Assembly: GCA_903821695.1 (NCBI GenBank)
Contig: CAIJLX010000053.1
Span: forward strand, 13,826 to 77,825
DNA from: an uncultured Alphaproteobacteria bacterium
Lineage (GTDB): Bacteria; Pseudomonadota; Alphaproteobacteria; Rickettsiales; CAIJLX01
Direction: 5' to 3'
DNA length: 64,000 nt
Positions 9,807 through 18,330 of this stretch are shown here, piece after piece. Made by a program: the position numbers and the translations under genes. Within the stretch, counting starts at the first letter, position 1. Each line of letters begins with the position of its first letter. Under the pieces are notes generated by a model. That model had not been told where the DNA came from. It saw nothing but the letters and a program-made list of their open reading frames with translations, and made no database searches.

Positions 9807-11060
9807 ATGAAAAATATCACCATTTTGCATTGCTCGGAAACACTCAGCGTCAGCGGTTGCTGTCGTGTGATGGAGCATCTTGCAAAAAACATGGATCGCA
9901 CACGTTTCACCAGCATGTTTTGTGCAGAGAGTGGCGAACCGAATTATCTTGAATATTTGCGCCAAGAAAATATCGAAACACACCTTATCCCAAACACTCT
10001 TCCGAAGATCAAAAAACCGTTCGTCGCAATTCTACACCGCGCTGGCAACAACACACCATTCTGGGGAAAACTCATTCCGCAACTGCGCGAGGCGGGTGCG
10101 GCGGCCATCATTGAACGTAATATTTTCGGTTATCCTGACCAGCGCAATGACCGCCAATTAGACCGCATCTGCGCGAACTCACTAAACACCATCTGGCACC
10201 ATTGGCGACAGTCCGGCAAACCCGATATCAACCATTATCTCGCTCGCCATCGCGTGCTCTATAACGCCGTCTCTTTCGAGCCCAACGAAAGTGAGCTGCA
10301 AACATTACGCCACAAATGGCGCGTGAAACTCGGCATTAGTGATGATGCATTTGTGCTTGGCATTATCACCCGCCCCGATGCGCAAAAGATTGATGCGTTG
10401 ATGCTAGGCCTTATCCCGCATCTCAAAAAAACCATTCCGAATTTGGTTCTCGTCACTCGTCGCTATCCGGAAGTTCTAGCAAAGCCATTGAAGTTGATGC
10501 TTGGTGATCGCTATCATAATTTACCGGTTTCAGCGGATCCAGAAATGCTCAAAGCAACCTATGCGCTGATTGATGTTTGCGGCAATTTTCCGAGCATCGG
10601 CGAAAGTTTTGGTATGGCCGTTGCCGAAGCGATGCGCTCCTATAAGCCGGTGATCGCACTTGATCTGCCACAAAAAAACAAAGGCAATTCTCAGCGTGAG
10701 TTGGTCGAGCATGGCCTCACCGGTTATCTTGGTAAAACAGCAGCGGATATTGCAACGTTACTTGAAATTCTTTCAAAAGATAAAGCACTCTGTGAAAAAA
10801 TGGGCAAAGCGGCGCGGCAAAAAATGACCAATGCTCCGTTTGGGCTTTCGAGCGTGATCGCGCAGTTTGAAAGTGAAATTTTGCAGCAATTAGGCGAGCC
10901 GGCAACGGTGCCTATGCAGCCGGATAAAGCAACCATTCGGCATTATCTGGAAACCTATCCGAAACGCTTTGGTGATGTTATACTGACCCCCGAAAGTCAT
11001 TTTTCTATTCCTGTTTCCGCCACACGGCTTATATGGAAAGTGGTACGGAGATTTATATGA
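9807..11060 (+). CDS. Glycosyltransferase, GT4-like (group 1)
   Basis: EX7E-type motif GESFGMAVAEAMRSYKPVIA and HGLTGYL. Divergent from the OMP gene. Confidence 0.75.
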   Translation: MKNITILHCSETLSVSGCCRVMEHLAKNMDRTRFTSMFCAESGEPNYLEYLRQENIETHLIPNTLPKIKKPFVAILHRAGNNTPFWGKLIPQLREAGAAAIIERNIFGYPDQRNDRQLDRICANSLNTIWHHWRQSGKPDINHYLARHRVLYNAVSFEPNESELQTLRHKWRVKLGISDDAFVLGIITRPDAQKIDALMLGLIPHLKKTIPNLVLVTRRYPEVLAKPLKLMLGDRYHNLPVSADPEMLKATYALIDVCGNFPSIGESFGMAVAEAMRSYKPVIALDLPQKNKGNSQRELVEHGLTGYLGKTAADIATLLEILSKDKALCEKMGKAARQKMTNAPFGLSSVIAQFESEILQQLGEPATVPMQPDKATIRHYLETYPKRFGDVILTPESHFSIPVSATRLIWKVVRRFI

Positions 11061-11830
11061 TAACAGCGGTGATCAAAGCGCGGAACGAAACACGGCAACT
11101 CGCTGAATGTTTCTCCTCGCTCAAAAATTTCGCCGACGAGATTATCCTAATCGATGACAACAGCACCGATAACACCGCCGAACTCGCCCGCTCACTAGGC
11201 GCCGTTGTGATCACCATCACCGATCGCGGCGAGCGCCCGCTTGAATGGCTGGACACACATGGGTTCAAAGCCGCCAAAAACTCCTGGCTATTGCAAATGG
11301 ATGCGGATGAACGCATGACACCGCAACTCGGAGAACGCCTAAAGTCGATCGCCGAGGAAGGGAAGTATAATGGTGTGCGTTATGCTCGGAAAAATATCAT
11401 TTGGGGCGCATGGATTCGGCATGGTGGATGGTTCGTCGCGGATCAATTGCGCTTCTTCAAAAAAGAAGCCTTCGATGAAAAATGGTGCTGCGGCATTCAC
11501 ACCCAGCCACTAATTCGCGGCGATATTATAACGCTTCCAGCTATCGAACAGTTAAGCACACTACATTTAGATTATGACACGGTTGAACAATTTATCCGCC
11601 GCACATTACTTGGTTATGCACGCACCGAAGCATTGGGTTGTTATCAAGCCGGGCGCCGTTTTTCTTTATACAACATGCTGCTCAAACCCTGCACTAAATT
11701 TATTGGCCGTTATATTTACCGCCAAGGTTTCCGTGATGGTGTGCGTGGGTTTTTGCTGGCTTTTTTCCTTGCTGCTTATGAAATAATTATCGAAGCTCAT
11801 TTGTGGGATTTCGAGAGAAAGAAATTATGA
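11057..11830 (+). CDS. Glycosyltransferase family 2
   Basis: ITAVIKARNETRQLAECFSSL...EIILIDDNSTDNT and a QMDADE (DXD-like) motif. ATGA overlap with the upstream gene. Confidence 0.8.
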   Translation: MITAVIKARNETRQLAECFSSLKNFADEIILIDDNSTDNTAELARSLGAVVITITDRGERPLEWLDTHGFKAAKNSWLLQMDADERMTPQLGERLKSIAEEGKYNGVRYARKNIIWGAWIRHGGWFVADQLRFFKKEAFDEKWCCGIHTQPLIRGDIITLPAIEQLSTLHLDYDTVEQFIRRTLLGYARTEALGCYQAGRRFSLYNMLLKPCTKFIGRYIYRQGFRDGVRGFLLAFFLAAYEIIIEAHLWDFERKKL

Positions 11831-12582
11831 AATTTTCCATTGTCGTTCCCTCTTATAACCATGCCGCCTATCTTGAAGATGCATTAAAAAGCATTTTGCA
11901 TGAGCGTGATCGCGGCGTGGATCTCGAAATTATTTTGATGGATGGCGGCTCGCAAGATGGCACCGCCGCCATCATCGAAAAATATCGCCCGCATTTAAAA
12001 GTCGCCATTTCCGAAAAAGATAATGGCCAAACCGATGCGCTAATAAAAGGTTTCACCTACAGCACCGGCGATGTGATGTGCTGGCTCAATTCGGATGATT
12101 ATTATTATCCCGGCGCCCTCACCCTCATTCAAAATTTCCTCAGCAGCCAACCCAAAGTCGATGTGGTGTATGGGGATATGAATTGGGTTTCAAAAACGGG
12201 TGAGACCGAAAAAGAACAAAAGGAAATGGATTTCTTGCTGCCGGTATTGCTGTGGGATTATAATTATATTCCGCAACCTTCGACCTTCTGGCGACGTAGT
12301 GCCTGGCAAAAAACAAATGGTCTCAACCCGACTCGCCAATGCGCGATGGATTGTGATTTATGGTTTCAGTTTGTCAAAGCCGGTTGCCATTTCGCGCATA
12401 TTCCACAAACACTTTCCGCCATGCGCCGTTATGCCGAGCAGAAGAATCAGCGCCTACGTGTGTTAAGTGATGCGGAAGATAAAGCCATCCGCGAAGCATT
12501 TTTAGGCCGCAAGATTTCGCCACTCGAACGCCTCTATAAACGCCTTCTCTGGAAGCCGGTTCGTATTTTAAAACGCCTATGA
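11827..12582 (+). CDS. Glycosyltransferase family 2
   Basis: FSIVVPSYNHAAYLEDAL, ILMDGGSQDGT, WLNSDD. ATGA overlap with the upstream gene. Confidence 0.8.
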   Translation: MKFSIVVPSYNHAAYLEDALKSILHERDRGVDLEIILMDGGSQDGTAAIIEKYRPHLKVAISEKDNGQTDALIKGFTYSTGDVMCWLNSDDYYYPGALTLIQNFLSSQPKVDVVYGDMNWVSKTGETEKEQKEMDFLLPVLLWDYNYIPQPSTFWRRSAWQKTNGLNPTRQCAMDCDLWFQFVKAGCHFAHIPQTLSAMRRYAEQKNQRLRVLSDAEDKAIREAFLGRKISPLERLYKRLLWKPVRILKRL

Positions 12583-13895
12583 ACGCCACATTTTCGGAAG
12601 GCATTTACATCCGCATCCTACCCTTTTTCTTATTGGGTTATGCGGTTGCCGGGAAGCCGTTTGCTTATCTTGGCGTACCGCCACTTTATATGGGCGAAGT
12701 TTTATTGCTGATGGGCATATGGCAAATTTTGCAATCCACACATTTGTGGAAAGTATATCTGCAGCCCTCCGCCTGGCTCCTTTTCTTTTTCATGTTATGG
12801 AGCGCTGCTCGTACTATTCCTTATCTCTCGCAATATGGAATTTTCGCGCTGCGTGATGCTGCATTATGGGGCTATGGATTTTTTGCCTTCGTTATCGCGA
12901 TGATTTTAATTTCGCGCCCATCTTTATTATTAATACTCATGCTGCGTTATCAATCTTTCGCCCGATTCTTTCCTTTTGTCACTTTAATCGGCTTAGTCGC
13001 ACTTTTCTTTTTCAAACGTGTCTTTTTCGATATTAGCAGCTTTTTCCAAATGAAGCCGGGCGATATTTTGGTACAGCTTGCAGGTATCATCAGTTTCTCC
13101 ACCTGCGGGTTATTAGCCCCGACTTTGCCATGGATATTCGCGGTAATTGGTTCTTTATTAGTTGCAGGTTCGGTTGGTCGCGGTGGCCTGCTGGCATTTA
13201 CTCTCGCGGTTGGCGCAGTGTTCCTTCTGCGCTTACAGCATGCACGCACCTGGAAAATGCTGCTCGTGCTAAGCACCACCTTAATCATGATCGCTTTGTT
13301 ATTTACGGTATTTCCTAAAAACGAACTGGAGGATCATTACAGCCGTAAAATCTCGCCGGATCAGATTGTAAAAAACATGTTGAGCATCACCTCTGATTCT
13401 GAGCAATGGGGGTTGGAGGGTACGAAGCGCTATCGTCTCGAATGGTGGGATAAAATTATCAATTATACGTTTTATGGCGATTATTTTGTCGGCGGCAAAG
13501 GCTATGGCATTAACCTCGCCGAATCGGATGACCAATTGTTAAATGGCGATACATCGTTGCGCAATCCGCACAATGCGCATCTCACCATTTTGGCGCGCTC
13601 TGGTGTGCCGGGATTGGTGTTATGGGCGGTGCTGAATATCGCTTGGTTTTGGCGGACATTACGTTCTATTATCGAAGCGAAAGTTGCACAGCTGCGCGTA
13701 TGGGAGGGCTGGTTTTGTACATTACTCGCCTTTTATCTCGCCGCCATCATCAACGCGACGTTCGATGTCTATCTCGAAGGGCCGATGGGTGGCATTTGGT
13801 TCTGGACGGTGTTTGGCATCGGCCTCGCAAGCCATCATTTATTTTTAACGCTTCCTGACTTATTGGTAACGCATGAAGATTCTGATCGCGCATAG
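12579..13895 (+). CDS. O-antigen ligase/polymerase-family membrane protein (Wzy_C-like)
   Basis: Polytopic membrane protein with a periplasmic loop carrying NPHNAHLTILARSGVPGLVLW. ATGA overlap with the upstream GT2. Confidence 0.75.
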   Translation: MNATFSEGIYIRILPFFLLGYAVAGKPFAYLGVPPLYMGEVLLLMGIWQILQSTHLWKVYLQPSAWLLFFFMLWSAARTIPYLSQYGIFALRDAALWGYGFFAFVIAMILISRPSLLLILMLRYQSFARFFPFVTLIGLVALFFFKRVFFDISSFFQMKPGDILVQLAGIISFSTCGLLAPTLPWIFAVIGSLLVAGSVGRGGLLAFTLAVGAVFLLRLQHARTWKMLLVLSTTLIMIALLFTVFPKNELEDHYSRKISPDQIVKNMLSITSDSEQWGLEGTKRYRLEWWDKIINYTFYGDYFVGGKGYGINLAESDDQLLNGDTSLRNPHNAHLTILARSGVPGLVLWAVLNIAWFWRTLRSIIEAKVAQLRVWEGWFCTLLAFYLAAIINATFDVYLEGPMGGIWFWTVFGIGLASHHLFLTLPDLLVTHEDSDRA

Positions 13896-15015
13896 TTATT
13901 ATCAGCAACGTGGCGGCGAAGACGTCGTGTTTAACGCTGAGCGCGATGCGCTGATTGATGTTGGTAATGAAGTGAAAACCTATGTGCTGCATAATGCCGA
14001 TTACATAAAAAAACCCAAATGGCAGCAAGTGCTTTCGCTGTTTTGGAACCACCAAGCCTATCGCGAGATGCGCCGGCAAATTCAGGCGTTCCATCCCTCA
14101 ATATTACATGTGCATAATCTGTTCCCGTTTTTCTCGCCTTCCATTTTATGGGCCGCAAAAAAAGAAAATATTCCGGTGGTGGTGACATTGCATAATTACC
14201 GCCTTACGTGCGCCAATGGATTATTTTATCGCGAAGACAAAGCTTGCGAAGCATGTGTTAGAAAACCATTCCCTTGGCCAGCGGTGAAATATAGTTGTTA
14301 TCGCCATGATCGTGCGCAAACAACGTTGGTTGCACTCAGCACGTTCTTCCATCGCCTGATTGGCAGTTGGACTATCCCGAAATATTTTATTGCACCAACA
14401 AAGTTTGCGGCCGAGAAATTTTATTCGATTATTTCAGAAGACCGGATTCGTATTAAACCCCATTTTGCAACCTCCTATTCTCTCACCTTCATACCCAAAA
14501 ATAACCATGCTATTTTTGTAGGTAGGCTTTCGGCCGAGAAAGGATTTGATTGGCTGCTCGAAGCGTGGAGTAGTTTAAAAGCCGATATCACACTCGATAT
14601 TGTCGGCGAGGGTACGATTGTTTCGAGCACCGACCCGCGTATTATTTTCCATGGTCGGTTAGAGCCGGAGAAGTTGCGCAGCATGCTCGCCCAATCCGCA
14701 GTCACCATTATTCCTTCGCGTTGTTATGAAACCTTCAGCAATATTGTGATTGAATCTTTCGCTGCTGGAACTGCGGTTATAGCGCCGACGAATACGGCAC
14801 CAGCAAGTTTGGTGACACCGGGCGTAACCGGATCGCATTTTTCGCGGGAAGATGTTGCTGCATTCCACTCACGCGTTGAAGAATATATTAATGACCCAGG
14901 CCGAGCAGAGCGCGAAGGTAAAAACGCGTTGGCCGAATATCAGCAAAAATATCAGGCGAAAGAAAATATGGATATGCTGATGGAGATTTATCAGCGCAGC
15001 ATCAATGCAATATAA
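13873..15015 (+). CDS. Glycosyltransferase, GT4 (group 1)
   Basis: MKILIAHSYY..GGED, FVGRLSAEKGFDWLLEAW, PSRCYETFSNIVIESFAAGTAVIA. Confidence 0.8.
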   Translation: MKILIAHSYYQQRGGEDVVFNAERDALIDVGNEVKTYVLHNADYIKKPKWQQVLSLFWNHQAYREMRRQIQAFHPSILHVHNLFPFFSPSILWAAKKENIPVVVTLHNYRLTCANGLFYREDKACEACVRKPFPWPAVKYSCYRHDRAQTTLVALSTFFHRLIGSWTIPKYFIAPTKFAAEKFYSIISEDRIRIKPHFATSYSLTFIPKNNHAIFVGRLSAEKGFDWLLEAWSSLKADITLDIVGEGTIVSSTDPRIIFHGRLEPEKLRSMLAQSAVTIIPSRCYETFSNIVIESFAAGTAVIAPTNTAPASLVTPGVTGSHFSREDVAAFHSRVEEYINDPGRAEREGKNALAEYQQKYQAKENMDMLMEIYQRSINAI

Positions 15016-15689
15016 TAACCCATCCCGCGCGGTGTGATGTCATGCTGCAATAAGTTATAATCAACCTTCTTGATCTGCTTTAAATAATACCCCATCGGTG
15101 ATGGTGCGCCTTTCGCGCGTTCGGCAATTTCCTGCGTGAGTTTCTTTGCTGAAGCCAGATAAGCAGCGCTGCCGAACTGATCAGGATTCACTGCATCTTG
15201 TGGGAAAGGTGGCTTGCCCGCGCGTGCCAATGGATAAATACTTTTCAAAAAACTGACCAAGCCGAAGCGCAGTGATGCAACCTCCTCGGCTTTACCATAG
15301 AGCATTTGATGCAGCACATGGGTTGTCTTTAAAATGCGCTGCTCCAATTGTTCGAGAGAGCCGACTACGGGATGTTCAATTTTGGCTTCATAGGCATCTA
15401 GCAGCTGGATCATTTGGCCGAAAGGCAGCTCCGGAATTTGGGCCAATGCATTGGTAATTTCGTGGCGTTTTTTTAGGTCCCCACTTTGCAGCTCCGCCAC
15501 TGCTTCTCGCCACCAGGCAAGACGGATAAGGCCGATGGTCGGCTCGCTGACGCTCATTGGTAGTTTCGCGATTTCAGCGTGGAATGCGCAAAGCGCCATC
15601 CAGCGGGTGCGCTTCTCGGCGGGCTGTAATAGGCCCAGCATATAACGGTCGTAGTCGGCGTTTTTGACGAAGGTGTAGAGGGGTTGCAT
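14991..15689 (-). CDS. Squalene/phytoene-synthase-family protein (NDUFAF6-like)
   Basis: DYDRYMLGLLQP, ALCAFHAEIAKLP and IGLIRLAWWREAV resemble the short alphaproteobacterial SQS_PSY-fold proteins. Confidence 0.7.
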   Translation of the reverse strand: MQPLYTFVKNADYDRYMLGLLQPAEKRTRWMALCAFHAEIAKLPMSVSEPTIGLIRLAWWREAVAELQSGDLKKRHEITNALAQIPELPFGQMIQLLDAYEAKIEHPVVGSLEQLEQRILKTTHVLHQMLYGKAEEVASLRFGLVSFLKSIYPLARAGKPPFPQDAVNPDQFGSAAYLASAKKLTQEIAERAKGAPSPMGYYLKQIKKVDYNLLQHDITPRGMGYYIALMLR

Positions 15690-15759
15690 TCGCCACCACT
15701 TCTAACGCTTTACTGCCATTTTTCTAGAATTATTTAACGACACGTGATAGTCACCTAGT

Positions 15760-16605
15760 ATGAAGAAGCGCTATATACTTACACTTTCCTGCACTGACGT
15801 TCATGGCATCGTCGCCGCCGTCTCCGGTTTTTTGGCACAAGCAGGTGGGTTTATTACCGAATCAGCCCAGTTCGGTGATTTTTCTACCGGCCGTTTTTTC
15901 ATGCGCACTGAGTTTGATGCAGAGAAAGAAGTCATTGTTTTGCGCGAGCAATTCACCCCACTTGCCGAAAAATTCGGCATGGAATGGTCCCTTTTCGATG
16001 TCGCAAAAAAACCACGTGCGCTTATTTTGGTTTCAAAGGAAAGCCATTGCCTAAATGATTTGCTGCATCGCTATCGTAGCGGCAGCCTAGGTGTTGAGAT
16101 CCCTGCCGTCATTTCCAACCACACCATTTTAAAAGGCCTGGTTGATTGGCACAGCATACCGTTTATTCATCTGCCCATTACGCCAGAAACACGCAAGGCG
16201 CAGGAAGCAGAATTACTCAAAGCCATTGAACAGTACGAAATCGATGTCGTGGTGCTCGCACGTTATATGCAAATTCTCTCGCCAGAATTATGCAAAGCCT
16301 TGCGTGGCCGGGCGATCAATATTCACCATTCGTTCCTGCCAAGTTTTAAAGGCGCAAAACCTTATCACCAAGCCTTTACCCGCGGCGTAAAACTGATCGG
16401 TGCCACTGCACATTTCGTAACCGAAGAATTAGATGAAGGCCCGATCATCGAGCAAGAAATTGCTCGCGTCGATCATACGCACAAGCCGGAAGATCTCGTG
16501 GCAATTGGACAGGATATTGAATGTATGGTACTTGCGCGCGCGCTTAAATATTATGCGCAACATCGCGTCATCTTAAACGGCAACAAAACGGTGATTTTCA
16601 AATGA
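15760..16605 (+). CDS. purU: Formyltetrahydrofolate deformylase
   Basis: ACT-like N-terminus (ILTLSCTDVHGIVAAVSGFLA), then VISNH, VVLARYMQILS, INIHHSFLPSFKGAKPYHQA, GATAHFVTEELDEGPII. Confidence 0.95.
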   Translation: MKKRYILTLSCTDVHGIVAAVSGFLAQAGGFITESAQFGDFSTGRFFMRTEFDAEKEVIVLREQFTPLAEKFGMEWSLFDVAKKPRALILVSKESHCLNDLLHRYRSGSLGVEIPAVISNHTILKGLVDWHSIPFIHLPITPETRKAQEAELLKAIEQYEIDVVVLARYMQILSPELCKALRGRAINIHHSFLPSFKGAKPYHQAFTRGVKLIGATAHFVTEELDEGPIIEQEIARVDHTHKPEDLVAIGQDIECMVLARALKYYAQHRVILNGNKTVIFK

Positions 16606-16883
16606 GTGATTTTCCGCCACCAGGTTATTTTGGTTTACTGCGCGAGTTATTTAAAAATAGCAGCTTTCGTTATCTTTTTGGTTTTACCCGCAAAATAAAT
16701 TTGTTGATATTGATTCCGGTGTTTTCTATCACCGCCTTGTTCGTTTCTGGCATGATTGACTCGGGCTGGATGCAACAACTGACCAGTTTCGTGACCGATA
16801 CTCTAGCAATGCTGCAAAGCTATAGTTACCGTTGCGCGCGGACGTTGCCTAATGTTCAGGCGTTTTTTCGTTGCTTTGAGTAG
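16602..16883 (+). CDS. Hypothetical small membrane protein (93 aa)
   Basis: The ATGA start overlaps the purU stop, and there is one clear hydrophobic segment (LLILIPVFSITALFVSGMI). No family recognised. Confidence 0.35.
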   Translation: MSDFPPPGYFGLLRELFKNSSFRYLFGFTRKINLLILIPVFSITALFVSGMIDSGWMQQLTSFVTDTLAMLQSYSYRCARTLPNVQAFFRCFE

Positions 16884-17589
16884 CATCCTCATCTTTTAGT
16901 TTACTCAAGCGATCTTTAATGAAGATGTTCATAAAGCGTAATTCTTCATCCGGTATATCTTTTTGTGTTTTCAAAATATTCTCGATGATGGCCAGGGCAT
17001 GTTGTTTTTCACCTAATTGCTCATGAATAAATGCAGGCATCTGGCGCGCCCAGAGTGGAACATCTGCTTCGGTAGTGCCCAATTTATAAGCGAGTCTTAG
17101 CGCCTCTTGCTTGTCGTGCATGCGGCTATTGGCGAGGTAAATTGCGTGCGACAACCACCACCATTTTTTTTCGGGATGGCGATCATAATGTTGTTCAAGA
17201 TAGCGAATGATATGCGGCACATCTCTCTTCGGTTCTTGTGAGAGGCTGAAGAGATAGCCTGCCATGGAAGGGGTGACGTCGGAGATGTCGTTCAAATCAT
17301 CCAGCAGCAGGAACCATTTTTCTAACAGCGGGTAATCATAATCACGGTAGGCGGTATAGCGGCCAAATGTATCGCCAGCATTTTGCAGGCGGAAAGAGGC
17401 GAGGCGGAAATAAAGTTCCGGGTCACCGAAGGAAAATAATTTCACCATTTGTGGCGAAGGTAAGCTTGGGACAATGCCGAGATCCGGCCGCAGCGGGCGC
17501 AAGTGAGACCATAATGCTACATTAGCCCCAAGGAAAAACAAAAACCCCGCGAGTATGAAATGTTTAGAATTGCCGGCGCGTAAAGTCAT
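16849..17589 (-). CDS. Hypothetical protein with an N-terminal TM anchor; last gene of the secretin operon
   Basis: N-terminal TM FILAGFLFFLGANVALW, followed by a helical, possibly TPR-like soluble part (KKWWWLSHAIYLANSRMHDKQEALRLAYKLG). The start overlaps the upstream gene by 26 nt. Confidence 0.5.
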   Translation of the reverse strand: MTLRAGNSKHFILAGFLFFLGANVALWSHLRPLRPDLGIVPSLPSPQMVKLFSFGDPELYFRLASFRLQNAGDTFGRYTAYRDYDYPLLEKWFLLLDDLNDISDVTPSMAGYLFSLSQEPKRDVPHIIRYLEQHYDRHPEKKWWWLSHAIYLANSRMHDKQEALRLAYKLGTTEADVPLWARQMPAFIHEQLGEKQHALAIIENILKTQKDIPDEELRFMNIFIKDRLSKLKDEDATQSNEKTPEH

Positions 17590-18322
17590 ACATCCCCATC
17601 AACAACAACAACGGAATATAGACGGCAGATTGAACCAAGAATGGCCAGAGACCACTCAGTTCAAACCCACGCAATAGCCATTCAGTTTTTCCAAATAAAT
17701 CAAGACGCGGCAATAGCATCGATGTACCCGCCATCACAAAATCATCCCAATGGTTCAAGCTAGGATTGAAGGTGCCGGGCCTATCAAGGAAGGCGAGCAT
17801 ATAACCCATCATCCGGCCGATGAAATAAAAACAAAAGCTCGCGAGCACTGCGCTTACCGCGCTTTGCATTATCAAAGAAGCAGCTAATGCAAACGCCGTC
17901 ACAATCATTGCTTCTGCAAACATGCTGGCTGCAAAACCGATAAAGCCAGAATAATTAGTTGGAATAAAAAGCAGCAAAACAACAAACAGAAAAATAACAA
18001 ACAATGCCGCGATCACCGAAAAGCCAATCCAGTAGCACAGCACGAAGCTCGCGCGCGACATAGGCTTCGACAGGAACATTTCGATCTCGCGGTTTTCAAA
18101 ACTGCGGCGCACATGGAAGCAAATGAAGAGGATAAGACCGATCATAATATAAATGCGGCTAAGGCCGGCGCTTAATACTAGCGACATTTCACGCTCTTCT
18201 ACCAATGAAGTGCTGCTCAAAAATAACGAGAGCGCCATAATTGCTAATACGCCTAACGGTAAGGCAAAAAATAGCCAATCCCGAAGTGCCGTGAGCAATA
18301 AATAGCGAATAGTGGTCAGCAT
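17564..18322 (-). CDS. Polytopic inner-membrane protein (about 6 TM; weak ABC-2/NosY-like permease resemblance)
   Basis: Six hydrophobic segments. A strong SD (GAGGAG) lies 8 nt after the secretin stop. The family assignment is weak. Confidence 0.55.
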   Translation of the reverse strand: MLTTIRYLLLTALRDWLFFALPLGVLAIMALSLFLSSTSLVEEREMSLVLSAGLSRIYIMIGLILFICFHVRRSFENREIEMFLSKPMSRASFVLCYWIGFSVIAALFVIFLFVVLLLFIPTNYSGFIGFAASMFAEAMIVTAFALAASLIMQSAVSAVLASFCFYFIGRMMGYMLAFLDRPGTFNPSLNHWDDFVMAGTSMLLPRLDLFGKTEWLLRGFELSGLWPFLVQSAVYIPLLLLMGMYDFTRRQF

Positions 18323-18330
18323 AAACTCCT

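Noticed and set aside
8433-9983. The full 516-aa version of the OMP ORF from the track.
   Set aside because: The first 86 codons have no signal peptide and would run through the divergent promoter region. The internal ATG at 9725 yields a canonical signal peptide, so I shortened the call.
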